Positions 12,781-26,078 of a DNA stretch of 64,000 bases are shown one piece after another. The number at the start of each line of letters is the position of its first letter. The first letter of the stretch is position 1. The translations under genes and the position numbers were made by a program. The notes below the pieces were generated by a model. That model searched no databases, was not told the DNA's origin, and saw nothing but the letters and a program-made list of their open reading frames with translations. This DNA is from Octopus vulgaris (Eukaryota), in NCBI GenBank assembly GCA_951406725.2, contig OX597829.1, positions 18,290,001 to 18,354,000 on the forward strand. Direction: 5' to 3'.

Positions 12781-13642
12781 GCTTTGTACATTCTTTTTGT
12801 TTTCTTTGTTATTAACAATACAAACTTTTTTTTTGAAAAGTATTGGTATAAAAGCAAATAAAATTCTTCAGTGTTGATCTTTCTAGGTGTCTTGGAGGCA
12901 CATGGCTTAGTTGTTAGGGGTGTTGGACACATGATCATTAGATTGTGGTTTCAATTCCTGGATTGGGTGATGTGTTGCATTCTTGAGCAAAACACTTCAT
13001 CTCACATTGCTTCAGTCCACTCAGCTGGCCAAAGTGAGTAATCCTGTGGTGGACTAGCATCCCATCCAGGTGGGGGATTTATTCGCCATGGAAACCAGGA
13101 GACTAGCCCTATGAACCTATAACTCTCAGAAAGGATCTTTACCCTTTTTATCCTTTCTGAGGATCAGGTTTGCTTGGATTATTTTTCAGATAAAAAAGAA
13201 AAAAAACTCATGTCCATGAAAAAAACAGATTGAAATATTTTATATTTATTATGTGTTCCTTCGTCTATAATTAACAAACACTCGTACAAACAGAATTTGT
13301 ATTTTGGTGTTTATCACACGTGCACACACATATATACACACATACACATGCAACACACACACACACACACACACACGAAACACAAGCGTTATGTTGGTCA
13401 AGTGACACTCATTTCATAAAGTACATCTGGTCACTAGCCATGCCAGTTTGTACTTTCCGAGCTCAACTTGCTGCTGGTAAATGTAGCTGTTTCTAAATAT
13501 CAGTACTTACACACAGACACAACCATAATAATAGCAATTGTTTTTTTTATTTTGTTTTTTTTTTTCAATTGATTACATGCTACTAATTGCACACGGTAAT
13601 GGTATTAACTTACAAAGTCTTAGTATATCATTTGAGACCGTC

Positions 13643-14657
13643 TTCAACTTTTTAGCATTCAGATTTCTCTGTCAAATATATTGCTTATTTATTCACATTG
13701 TTTTGAATCAATCATGCATTATCTCATAGCTTTGAGATTTCAATGATGTGATTGTTCATTTTTAGGGTAGGTGTGAGAGGCCTGATCTTGTCATTTGAAA
13801 CATAAAACGGGCAGAATATTTGGGTTGGATATGGCTGGTTTAACCCTCTAGTATTCAGATCACTCTATCAAATGTAATGTTTATTTATCCACATTGATTT
13901 GAATCAATCATGCATTATCTCATAGCTTCAAGATTTTTGATGATGTGATTGTTTACATTTAGGATGGCATTGTAGGGTAGGTGTGAGAGGTCGAATCTGA
14001 TCAGTTTGCACATAAAACAGGTAAAATATCTGGGCTGGAATATGGCTGATTTAACCCTTTAGCATTTAGATTATTCTGTCAAATATATAAAAAAAAGAGC
14101 ACGCCGTCGGTTACGACGATAAGGGTCTCAACTGATACAATCAATGGAACAGCCTGCACGTGAAATTAACGTGCAAGTCGCTGAGCAATCCACAGACACG
14201 TGTACCCCTAACGTAGTTCTCAGGAAAATTCAGCATGACACAGTGTGTGACAAGCTGGCCCTTTGAAATACAGGTACTACTCATTTTTGCCAGCTGAGTG
14301 GACTGGAGCAACATGAAATAAAGTGTCTTGCTCAAGGACACAATGCGTCACCAGGAATTGAACTCACGACCTTAGAATCGTGAGCCCAATGCCCTAACCA
14401 CTAAACCACTAAACCACGCACCTTCACATCTGTCAAATATAATGCTCATTTATTCACATTGTTTTGAATTAATCATGGCTTATCTCATAGCTTCAAGATA
14501 GAATAGGTGTGAGAGGCTAGATCCTGAAAGAATATTTGGGATGGTTGTGGCTGACTTAACCTTTTAGCATTTTAAATGTGACAGGCCAGATTTATCCAGT
14601 TTGAACTCACAATATTTGAACCAGATAATATGGCCAGTTAAAATGCTATAGGGTTAA
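13643..14657 (+). mobile_element. Array of piggyBac-type (TTAA) MITE units
   Basis: Units of about 200 bp start with ttaaccctttagcattcag-like sequence at about 13643, 13840, 14051 and 14556. A single end tgctatagggttaa lies at 14657, and a SINE C is inserted at 14098-14428. Confidence 0.7.
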
Positions 14658-14914
14658 TTATCCAGCTTCCATTTTAGTCAGTTATGAGAATAGTATTCCT
14701 AGCAAAAAATCATACTGAAGTTACACACTTCAAATTATTTTCTCTTAAACTTAATTAAAACAGATAAGAATCAAATAGATTTCTCTTAGGATCATAGCAA
14801 AAAAAAACATCCCCCAAGATAGAAATATACTCCTCATCATTTGCAACCAACAACTCTTGGAGTGGAGACAGCTCTTCTGAACCTGTTAGATTAAATCCTC
14901 CCCCTCCTCCTCCT

Positions 14915-14968
<54 letters not shown>

Positions 14969-15934
14969 TACCATCACCACCATCATCACCACCACCACCA
15001 CCACCGTCATCATCATTGTTTAACGTCCACTTTCGATGCTGTCATGGGTTGGATGATTTGGCATGGAGCTGGCTATCCAGACTACAACTGACTGTTGTGG
15101 CATGGTTTTTATGGCTGGATGCCCTTCCTTATGCTAACCATTTAACAGAGTATGTTGGGTGCTTTTTACATGCCACTGTAATGGGTGAATTTATGCATCA
15201 CTGACACAGGCACTTTTTATGTGGCACCAGCACCCGAAAGGATAAGCCTGTATGCATGTAAGACAGTGATATTTTATTTTTAATTATGCCAATAGGGTCA
15301 CCTATCCTTCCTTGAGTTGCAAACATTGTTAGTGTGTCAGTAATCTACCACAGCCCCATTTTATTGCAAGGAGAGGAGACAGTGGGGAGGAAACAGAAAG
15401 AAAGAAGAAACATCAACCCCAATATCTGAGTACAGAACTTAACATCAACCGCAATATCTGAGTACAGAACTTCTATTGGCCACAACTATCTACTGGCCTG
15501 GACAAGGTTTTTCGAGGGAAATCTGGTAGTTGCTAGTATTTGCAAGTCTCTGCTCTTCACACCGCCAATATTGTCAAAAGGAAAAGTCACTGTTTTAGCA
15601 CCAGTTTCATTATAGACAATGTTGTAAAAACACAAAGGATGGGAACAGATACCACAAGGTATTTCTATCCAAAGATCTAACAACTTCATGAATCTACTGC
15701 TTGGGATTGGTTCTCTATAATTATCAGCCTGGGCAAATCAGTGTATTGGTATTGTATTTATTTATTGTAAAACCAGCCACAGATACACAGATCAGAACTG
15801 GGCCCCTTAGACTCATGAAGCCCCTGGTGCAACTGCCTAGTATCTTCATGCCTTAAAAAATGGCACTACCACAAAAGGATCAAAGGCAAAGTTGATTTCC
15901 CCTCTGCAATATTTGTATTCAGTTTACAGAGTCA

Positions 15935-16230
15935 GAACAAACAGAATCAGTGACAAAACAAGATATAGATGTTGGAACTGGATCAGACAAGACTTCAGAC
16001 AAGATTGAGAAAGTGATTGTACGGTGGCATTCTAAAGTGACCACCCAAAGGGAAAAAGAGTAAGTGTTCCGTAAAACCACATGGCAAAGGACCATTGTCA
16101 AGGAAAAGAGATGAGAAGCAGGAAGAAGCTGGAATGAGACCAGAGCAGTGGCAGAAATCAGAGCTGGTTGGAACAATCATGTTGTGATCTGATGTGCCTC
16201 ATGGCACAGAGAGAACTAACTAACGAACTA
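15935..16230 (+). mobile_element. Degenerate RTE-type LINE 3' fragment
   Basis: Remnant frame PKGKRV..TTWQRTI..SWNETRAVAEIRAGW..CASWHREN followed by a (TAAC)n-like tail. Confidence 0.55.
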
Positions 16231-17528
16231 GTTAATTCACAACCTTTACTTCTCGATATATTAATTCTCCACCTCGAAAGGATGAAGGGCAGTGTTGGCC
16301 TTGGCAGGATTTGGACTCAGAGTATAGCAGGCCAGATCATAATCCTTCCTGCCATAGGCACAAAGCCTGAATTTTGGAGGAGGAGGTAAGTCAATTACAT
16401 CAACACTCAGTATTTAAATGATACTTATTTTATCGATCCTGAAAGGATGAAAGACAAAGTCGACCCCAGTGAGATTTGAACCCAAATGATCATAATACAC
16501 AATTATTCTATACCACACTTTAATGATTCCACCATGGAACCATACTACATTATTTCATTCATTTGAATAGAAAACAGAAACTGGCGTTACTCAATTTCTC
16601 TGCAGAAAATTGGGATTCTATCGTTAATTGTTAGATACCTTTCAAAACTGCCAGACAGATCCTAGGCAACATGCATTTGCTAGTTATATACACACTGTCA
16701 ATACTAATTACATAGTTTACTACAAGACTACCTGGCTACAAGGCTATTTACATAAGCCTTGTGCATCCAGTGCAAGGTGCGCACTGATTTAACCTTTCTT
16801 AATTAGCACTTACAATGTACAAAAAAAAAAGAGATTTCGCTTGCTGAAGCGTGCTGCTATGTATAATGCCCGTTAGTTAGATTAAGCTTTTATACATGTA
16901 CATACATACACACACAAGAACTCACACACATAGACACACATATACCTATTCATACATAAATATATATATAATATATACATATAGGCGCAGGAGTGGCTGT
17001 GTGGTAAGTAGCTGCGTGGCATCTTGGGCAAGTGTCTTCTGCTATAGCCCCGGGCCGACCAATGCCTTGTGAGTGGATTTGGTAGACGGAAACTGAAAGA
17101 AGCCTGTCGTATATATATGTATATATATGTGTGTGAGTCTGTGTTTGTGTGTCTGTGTTTGTCCCACTGGCATTGCTTGAAAACCGATGCTGGTGTGTTT
17201 ATGTCCCCGTCACTTAGTGGCAAAAGAGATCGATAGAATAAGTACTGGGCTTACAAAGAATAAGTCCCAGGGTCGAGTTGCTCGACTAAAGGCGGTGCTC
17301 CAGCATGGCTGCAGTCAAATGACTGAAACAAGTAAAAAAATATATATATATATATATATGAGTGGCTGTGTGGTAAGTAGCTTGCTTACCAACCACATGG
17401 TTCGGGTTCAGTCCCACAGCGTGGCATCTTGAGCAAGTGTCTTCTACTATAGCCTCAAGCCAACCAAAGCTTTGTGAGTGGATTTGGTAGATGGAAACTG
17501 AAAGAAGCCCGTCGTATATATATGTATG

Positions 17529-17594
<66 letters not shown>

Positions 17595-17842
17595 TGTGTC
17601 TGTGTTTGTTCCCCCAACATCACTTGACAACCAATGCTGGTGTATTTACGTCCCCGAAACATAGCAGTTCGGCAAAAGAAACTGATAGAATAAGCACTAG
17701 GCTTACAAAGAATAAGTCCTGGGGTTGACTTGCTCAACTAAAGGTGGTGCTCCAGCATGGCCACAGTCAAATGACTGAAACAAGTAAAAGAGTAAAGAGT
17801 ATATATATATATATATATATATACATCTCTGTATATATATAC

Positions 17843-18081
17843 ATATGTATGAAATTTAGAGAAAAACCTCTATTAAACAATTCAATAGCGAAAGACGTTA
17901 TTCACACCATATAGAAAAAGTTTAAAATACTATAGAAAACACTGTTCTTCGATAATGTAAGTTATGTTTTTATTTTAAAGTAATACTGTTAAATTTATTT
18001 ATTGTTAAAACACATATTTTTCTATATTTATTAGTTAATTTATAAGTTAAGATAAGTACGTTTATTATATTATTTATATTG

Positions 18082-18120
<39 letters not shown>

Positions 18121-18355
18121 TTTTAAGTAGAATTAATTTTAGATCGATTTAGTTTTAATCGAATTGATCTTATTATTATTATTATCTATTTGAAAATATA
18201 GCCACGAAACATATGTAGTCTAGTTACTATTTATTATTTATGTACTTTATTGACTTTTAGAATAGGTTTTCTATAGTATATTTAACTTTTTCTATATGAT
18301 GTGAATAACATCTTTCACTATTGAGTAGAGGTTTTTCTCTAAATTTTATACATAT
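17843..18355. repeat. Imperfect ~95-bp inverted repeat (17843-17940 / 18267-18355), probable Penelope pLTR relic
   Basis: The arms are reverse complements. The spacer contains cgaaacatatgta, which is GAAA plus a palindromic helix-III remnant. Confidence 0.6.
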
Positions 18356-18431
18356 ATTGTATACTGTGAAATTTGATTTAGAATTGCTAAATTGAATTTT
18401 TCCCTGTAAGTTTGGAATATATATTCCCTAC

Positions 18432-18493
<62 letters not shown>

Positions 18494-18759
18494 GTTTAAA
18501 TATTTGTTGTGCAAGATTTTTTATGTGAAGTCGTGTGTTGAAACAGATATTGTTATATTTCGGAATGGTCATATTGCCAGTTTAGCCAAATAAATAAATA
18601 AATAAATAAATAAATAAATATATATATATATATATTAATTAATAAGGGTGAGAGAATTAGATACTAATTTAATAGTATATTTATTCCACACCAAGTGGCC
18701 TAGTGCTACGAGAAACCTGGATTATTATAATATTTTATAACATATTATAATATTTTTAC

Positions 18760-19173
18760 AAAATAAATATAAGAGAGTGGTCACTATATTGCTCACTCTA
18801 GCACCAGTTAATCCAAAAGGTTTCAACCACGAAAATACATGTTTCCCATGAAAGCCAGTACGACTGTTAGCTCACACGGACAGGGCAAATAAAAAATAAC
18901 AAAAATACAGATTATTTTGGGACAATTGTTTCGCTATTAATGAATTAAATGTAATATTACTTACAAAAATCCATTTGTAGCTCGTCAGCCAAGACTATCT
19001 GGATGAAATCCACTCAATCACACGCCAGATTTTACCATAACGATAAATACGCGTGTGGTTCAATTGATTACATCCGACGTTATAATTTCATGGGAAACAT
19101 GTATTTTCGTGGTTGAAACCTTTTGGATTAACTGGTGCTAGAGTGAGCAATATAGTGACCACTCTCTTATATT

Positions 19174-19179
<6 letters not shown>
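18760..19179. repeat. Perfect 94-bp inverted repeat (18760-18853 / 19086-19179), Penelope-like 3' end/pLTR relic
   Basis: The arms are exact reverse complements. An arm translates LAPVNPKGFNHE, similar to the PxGLN end of PLE GIY-YIG ORFs. Confidence 0.8.
18910..18999 (-). ncRNA. Type I hammerhead ribozyme
   Basis: The minus strand reads gauagucUUGG-CUGACGA-GCUA(41-nt loop)UAGC-GAA-ACAAUUGU-C^-CCAAaauaauc. It has an intact core, helix I, helix II, a palindromic helix III and a GUC cleavage triplet. Confidence 0.85.
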
Positions 19180-19238
<59 letters not shown>

Positions 19239-19663
19239 CGCAGGAGTGGCTGTGTGGTAAGTAGCTTGCTAACCAACCACATGGTTCCGGGTTCTGCGTG
19301 GCATCTTGGGCAAGTGTCTTCTGCTATAGCCCCGGGCCGACCAATGCCTTGTGAGTGGATTTGGTAGACGGAAACTGAAGGAAGCCTGTCGTATATATAT
19401 ATATATATGTATGTATGTGTGTGTGTGTCTGTGTTTGTCCCCCTAGCATTGCTTGACAACCGATACTGGTGTGTTTACGTCCCCGTCACCAGCGGTTCGG
19501 CAAAAGAGACCGATAGATTAAGTACTGGGCTTACAAAGAATAAGTCCCGGGGTCGATTTGCTCGACTAAAGGCGGTGCTCCAGCATGGCCGCAGTCAAAT
19601 GACTGAAACAAGTAAAAAAGAAAAGAAAAGAAAAGATATATATATATATATATAAATATAAAT

Positions 19664-20409
19664 ATAAATTTATATATGAGGATAATATCAATATTTAAGT
19701 ATCAAAATTATCAAGTGGCCAGCATGAAAGAAATACCTTACAAAGGTAAAAAAATTTTTTTAACAATTAAAAATGAGGGTGTCTAAAAGACACCAACATG
19801 CCGAAATAGCAGTCGAAACTCTGACTATAAAACCACGTTAAGTGTTCATATCGCACCATGAGGTAAAGCGGAGGGACAAAACAAACAAGCAAAAATTATT
19901 GAATAATTCAAGATCCAAGGAATTCTGGTTCTGCTTTAAATAAGCTTTACCGTCATCAATTGAATATATCAAGGGTACATAAATACAGATATATATATGC
20001 ACAGCAAACGATATACTTACATATACGAGCGTCGTACATACATATGCACGTATGGACACAGCCAGTTGAATCACCCGCCAAATCACCGCATAATTTCAAT
20101 ATGGTTAAAATAAGCACCGCAGTGAATATAATAACGAATTATATAAATTTATATATGAGGATAATATCGATATTTAAGTATCAAAATTATCAAGTGGCCA
20201 GCATGAAAGAAATACCGTACAAAGGTAAAAAATTTTTTAACAATTAAAAATGAGGGTGTCTAAAAGACACCAACATGCCGAAATAGCAGTCGAAATTCTG
20301 ACTATAAAACCACGTTAAGTGTTCATATCGCACCATGAGGTAAAGCGGAGGGACAAAACAAACAAGCAAAAATTATTGAATAATTCAAGATCCAAGGATT
20401 TCTGGTTCT
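19664..20409. repeat. ~267-bp direct repeat (19664-19930 / 20144-20409, period 480)
   Basis: Two near-identical copies of taaatttatatatgaggataatatc...ccaaggaWttctggttct. Confidence 0.85.
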
Positions 20410-20632
20410 ATATATATATACATATATGTGTGCGTTTTCATAGTGACGTATAATTACGCACGTAATTTCCCTTTATATAACGGTATTTTTTCATAGCGTT
20501 TTTCAGATAGCCAGATAACCGAAGAGATGGTGTTGTGGATTTCCACTTCGGCATCTGAGACTCAGAGTTTTATCTTGACTATTAAGTAATGTAACATATC
20601 ATTTTATAGATATATATACATGTATATATATA

Positions 20633-20681
<49 letters not shown>

Positions 20682-20684
<3 letters not shown>

Positions 20685-22529
20685 TCATCATCATCATCAT
20701 CGTTTAATGTCCGTTCTCCATGCTAGCATGGGTTGAACGGTTCGACCGGGGATCTGGGAAGCCAGAAGGCTGCACCAGGCTCCAGTCTTATCTGGCAATG
20801 TTTCTACAGCTGGATGCCCTTCCTAACGCCAACCACTCCGTGAATGTAGTGGGTGCTTTTTACGTGCCACCTGCACAGGTGCCAGGCGAGGTTGGCAACG
20901 GCCACGGTCGGATTGGTGTATTTTACATGCCACCGGCACGGAAGACAGTTGTGGCGGCGCTGGCATCGGCCACGAGTTGGATAGTGCTTTTTACTTACCA
21001 CCAGACCAGGGATCCTGGCTGGTTCAATTCGATTTCGATTTCGCTTGCCCCAACATGTCTTTGCAAGCAATGTGGGTTGGCATGGGTGCCTGTCGTCGGA
21101 TGAGGTTCTATATCGACTTCGCTTGCCTCAACAGGTCTTTGTGTCCAAGGGAGGAAAGGCATGCATAAGTGGGCTGGGCTCACTTGTCCTGCCTGGTCTT
21201 CTCACGTACAGCATATTTCCAAAGGTCTCGGTCGCAGGTCATTTCCTCAGTGAGGCCTAAAGTTCGAAGGTCGTGCTTCACCACCTCGTCCCAGGTTTTC
21301 CTGGGTCTACCTCTTCCACGGGTTCCCTCAACTGCTAGGGATTGGTACTTTCTCACACACCTATCTTCATCCATTCTCGCCACATGACCATACCAGCGCA
21401 ATCGTCTCTCTTGTACACCACAACTGATGCTTCTTAGGTACAACATTTCTCTCAAGGTACTAACGCTCTGTCGAGTATGTACACTGACATTACACATCCA
21501 TCGGAGCATACTGGCTTCATTCCTCACGAGCTTACGCATGTCCTCAGCAGTCACGGCCCATGTTTCACTGCCATGTAGCATGGCTGTTCGTACACATGCA
21601 TCATACAGTCTGCCTTTTACTCTGAGCGAGAGGCCTTTAGTCACCAGCAGAGGTAAGAGCTCCCTAAACTTTGCCCAGGCTATTCTTATTCTAGCAGTTA
21701 CACTTTCAGCGCACCCACCCCCTCTACTGACTTGGTCACCTAGATAACGGAAGCTATCAACTACTTCTAGTTTTTCTCCCTGGAAAGTGACGGAAGTTGT
21801 TTTCTGCAGATTTTCGGAGGTTAATGTTCCCGAGCATCTGCCACATACAAAAACTATCTTCCCAGTTAGCCTACCTTTGACATTGCTGCACCTCTTATGT
21901 GTCCATAGCTTACACTGGGTACATCTTATAGAGTTTCTACCTACACCTTTGCTACAGATCGAGCAGGGCCATCTTCCTGAAGACATTTGTGGATTGTCTA
22001 CCTTCCTACTTATTAGTACTTTGGTTTTAGCTAGGTTGACTCTAAGGCCCCTCGATTCTAAACCCTCCTTCCACACCTGGAACTTCTCCTCCAGTTCTGA
22101 TAGTGACTCAGCAATTAGAGCAAGGTCGTCAGCATAGAGGAGCTCCCAGGAGCAACCTGTCTTGAATTCCTCCGTAATTGCCTGGAGGACTATGATAAAT
22201 AGGAGGGGGCTGAGTACTGAACCCTGGTGGACCCCAACCTCTACTTTGAATTCTTCTGTGTACATGTTGCCAACCCTAATCTTACTTACGGCATCTCTGT
22301 ACATGGCTTGCACAGCCCTCACCAGCCATTCATCTATCCCTAGTTTCCTCGTTGACCACCAGATAAGGGATCGGGGGACCCTATCAAACGCTTTCTCCAT
22401 GTCAACGAAAGCCAGGTACAGGGGCTTATCTTTGGCTAGGTATTTCTCCTGCAGCTGCCTTACCAGGAATATAGCATCAGTGGTACTTTTCCCTGGCACG
22501 AACCCAAACTACATCTCATCTAAACTAGA
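20682..22529 (-). mobile_element. 5'-truncated RTE-clade LINE with a PHD finger inside the RT
   Basis: ORF 21180-22499 contains FVDMEKAFDRV, GVHQGSVLSPLLF, LLYADDL, FRYLG, RLRWYGHV and RGRGRPRKTW. The 3' UTR ends in (ATG)n. Copies of the 3' end only lie at 14915-15270, 35135-35505(+), 45438-45770, 52115-52300 and 53460-53530. Confidence 0.95.
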
Positions 22530-22657
22530 TGCAGTTTATATATATTATATACATATAAATATATATATCATATCTATAAAAGGGAGGATGTGTGTGTGTG
22601 TGTATGTGTGTTCATGTCTGTTGCCCAGATATATTTAAATCATATTATATATATATA

Positions 22658-24051
22658 TCTCTTATTATAAAAGGCAGATTTTATCTGCCTCCCTTTGTCA
22701 GTTATAGAAATCTACAATATAGGATTTCTTCAATTATAATTTACCTAGCATTTTTAAGAGTAGAATGCATCGGGTCATGCCAGGTCCAGTTTTTAAAATT
22801 TAAACTCCAATTAAGCAAAATTTACAGAAAACTCACATTCTGGTGTGTATGTCAAATGCTTTTCTTAATGTGGTTTACACCACACGCATACGCACACACA
22901 CACAAACGGAGCGAACTGTTTCACTGACGCTATCACCCTAATTTCTCCTTTCTCTTTGCAAGTCTACCTTACAACACTACTCAAAAAAAAAAGAAAGCAG
23001 CAAACAGAAACAAATAAATACATAACGATTTACTCCTCACACAATTTCTTCAATTAGACTTTACCTATGATTTTTCAAAGAACTTCCATTGGGTCATGCC
23101 ATACAAAATTTCTTTCAATTTCACCCCCAATTAAGACAAAATTCGAGAAAACTCAATATTTTAACATTTCACTTTGAAGCCTTTACTCTGCCTATTACTC
23201 CCACTTCCTCTTTAGACACATAGACACGCTAATATATACGACAGTGTCAATTGTTGACAGACATTGTAAGCTAACGTGTGTGTGTGTGCGTGTGTGTCTG
23301 TGTGTGTGTGTGTGTGCGTGCGTGTGTGTGAGGGTGTGTGTGTGTGACAGGGATGACCCATTCAGACTGGTCATCCTTTTTGCTAGAAGATCACCTATGC
23401 TACACCACTGGTTTTCAGTTCATATTAATATTCACAAGAAGAAGGACTATTCATTATAATACATAAGTTCCATCGGACAACTGCACAAACATTTGCCATT
23501 TTACACATGTATGTAAACAAATTCCTTTCTTTTAGAATTTCAGTTCATTTTCTTTTTCAATTTATACAAAGTTATTTAGGACGAATATAACATCTAAAGT
23601 TATCTCTAAGAGCAGAAAGATCGCCCAAAAGTGTATATAGATATTTAAATGTATTTATATATTCATCTATGCACACATGTATGTATAACGTGTGTGTATA
23701 TATTTCCATAGAGGTAACCATTCACTCCGCACAAAGTTTTTTAGGACGAAAATAACATCTAAAGTTATCTCTAAGTAGCAGTCGCCCAAAAGTGTATATA
23801 GACACACACATGTATGTATAATGTGTGTGTATATATTTCCATAGAGGTAACCATTCACTCCATACAAAGTTATTTAGGACGAAAATAACATCTAAAGTTA
23901 TCTCTAAGAAGCAGAAAGATCGCCCAAAAGTGTATATAGATATTTAAATGTATTTATATATTCATCTATGCACACATGTATGTATAACGTGTGTGTATAT
24001 ATTTCCATAGAGGTAACCATTCACTCCATACAAAGTTTTTTAGGACGAAAA
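22658..24051 (+). mobile_element. Helitron 5' segment, a duplicate of 24897-~25790, followed by a minisatellite
   Basis: The start A|TCTCTTATTATAAAAGGCAG is the same as at 24897. About 900 bp of homology is followed by tandem units of 130-165 bp. Confidence 0.85.
23567..24051. repeat. Tandem minisatellite (about 3 units of 133-166 bp)
   Basis: Recurring caaagttWtttaggacgaa...catctaaagttatctctaag...ccatagaggtaaccattcactcc. Confidence 0.9.
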
Positions 24052-24896
24052 TCTTTATATATAAAAGAAAGGTTGTGTGTCTGTCTACTCCGATTTAGAT
24101 TCCTAACTACTCCCACATTTTGCGATGCAGTTTAACCAAAACCGAGTATCTTATAGTCGTGATTCATATCGAGCCCTTCTGGGTATTAGCGCGCGTCTAC
24201 GATGAGTCTACGATTTTACAAATAATTTACCATCATTTTTTCCCATTTTAATGCATTTTTTTAAATTAAGGGAAGTAACTCTCAAACTTCACACCAATAT
24301 GCGTGCTCATATGCGACGTGATATCACATCAGCAGCATTTCCTCACACCCTCATTGCACTTGGCGAAGGTAAAATACCAGGGGATGAAAATGGTAATATT
24401 GCCATCGATTCCATTTGTACCATTGTTAAGACGCCTTCTGATCTCAGAGATGCAGTGTTCCAAGATCTACAAGCTAATTATCAGAATATGGATTGGATTG
24501 GCAAAAAGGCTATACTGGCCCCAAGGAATAAAACTGTTCACCATATTAATGATGAAATGCTAAAACTCATTCCTGGGGAAGCCTATGTATATCAGTCTAT
24601 CGATACAACTCCTGACCCAGAGGACGTCATCAACTATCCAATAGAGGTACTCAATTCCTTTGAGCACCCCGGACTACCACCACACTTTCTCAAACTTAAA
24701 GTTGGTGCCCCTATAATGCTCATCAGAAATTTGGTTCCCCCAAAACAATGCAATGGCACACGTTTGATCGTTAAGTCCTTATCTCCCAGCGTAAACTTAT
24801 ATCAATATTTGCCTGAATAATCATCATCATTCAGTGCAATCATTAACAGTACTTTCAAGTAATTCAGCCCCGAGCAACGCCGGGCAATTCTGCTAG
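24052..24896 (+). mobile_element. Chimeric non-autonomous Helitron (N1 5' end + helicase fragment + autonomous 3' end)
   Basis: 24052-24283 matches 9616 onward, 24278-24788 matches the helicase at 30259-30768, and 24793-24896 matches the 3' terminus at 31827-31929, including the hairpin and CTAG. Confidence 0.9.
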
Positions 24897-25521
24897 TCTC
24901 TTATTATAAAAGGCAGATTTTATCTGCCTCCCTTTGTCAGTTATAGAAATCTACAATATAGGATTTCTTCAATTACAATTTACCTAGCATTTTTAAGAGT
25001 AGAATGCATCGAGTCATGCCAGGTCCAGTTTTTAAAATTTAAACTCCAATTAAGCAAAATTTACAGAAAACTCACATTCTGGTGTGTATGTCAAATGCTT
25101 TTCTTAATGTGGTTTACACCACACGCACACACACACACACAAAAAGGGAGCGATTTCTATGACTTTCTCTTTGCAAGTTTGCAATGATTAAAGTGAAACC
25201 ACTACTAAAAAAAAAAACACAGCAAACAGAAACAAATAAATACATAACGATTTACTCCTCACACAATTTCTTCAATTAGAGTTTAACCATGATTTTTCAA
25301 AGTAATTCCATTGGGTCGTGCCATACCAAATTTCTTTCAATTTTACCCCCAATTAAGACAAAATTCGAGAAAACTCAATATTTTAACTTTTCACTCTTTC
25401 ACTCCCACTTCCTCTTTAGACACATAGACACGATAATATATACGACAGTGTCAATTGTTGACAGACATTGTAAGCTAACGTGTGTGTGTGTCTGTGTGTG
25501 TGTGCGTGTGTCTGTGCGTGT

Positions 25522-25559
<38 letters not shown>

Positions 25560-26078
25560 CAGGGGTGAGTCATTCAGACTGGTCATCCATTTTGGCGAGA
25601 AGATCCCTTATCGTCTTTTATGCTACACCACTGGTTTTCAGTTCAAGAAGGACTATTCATTATAATACATCAGTTCCACACATTTACCCTGGATTCCATT
25701 TCGGACAACTGCACAAACATTTGCCATTTCACACATGTATGTAAACAAATTCCTTTCTTAAAAAAATTTCAATTCATTTTCTTTTTTCAATTTACGTTTC
25801 TATACACTTTACGCAAATATTTGATTAAACAACTAAAACACTTCACATTTCGAACATGTATGTAAACTACTTTCTTTCTTGCAAATCTAAATTTCTTTTC
25901 TGGCTTTTAACTCAAATTTCTATACATTTTACACACTCTGTCGCTATACTTGCATAAAAAATTTCTTTCAGCTACTAATATTTCTTTCTTTTCCTTCCAC
26001 GCTTTACATTTTTCCACATTTCATTCAAATTACAATTTCTATCTTTAAGTAACTTTCACCCTTTCTTTTTCACATAAA

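Noticed and set aside
11974-12815. Long HTYI/MYVC ORFs (also at 38670-39205, 52166-52783, 55848-57204, 62308-63459)
   Set aside because: These are translations of (TATG)n, (TA)n and (TG)n microsatellites that lack stop codons.
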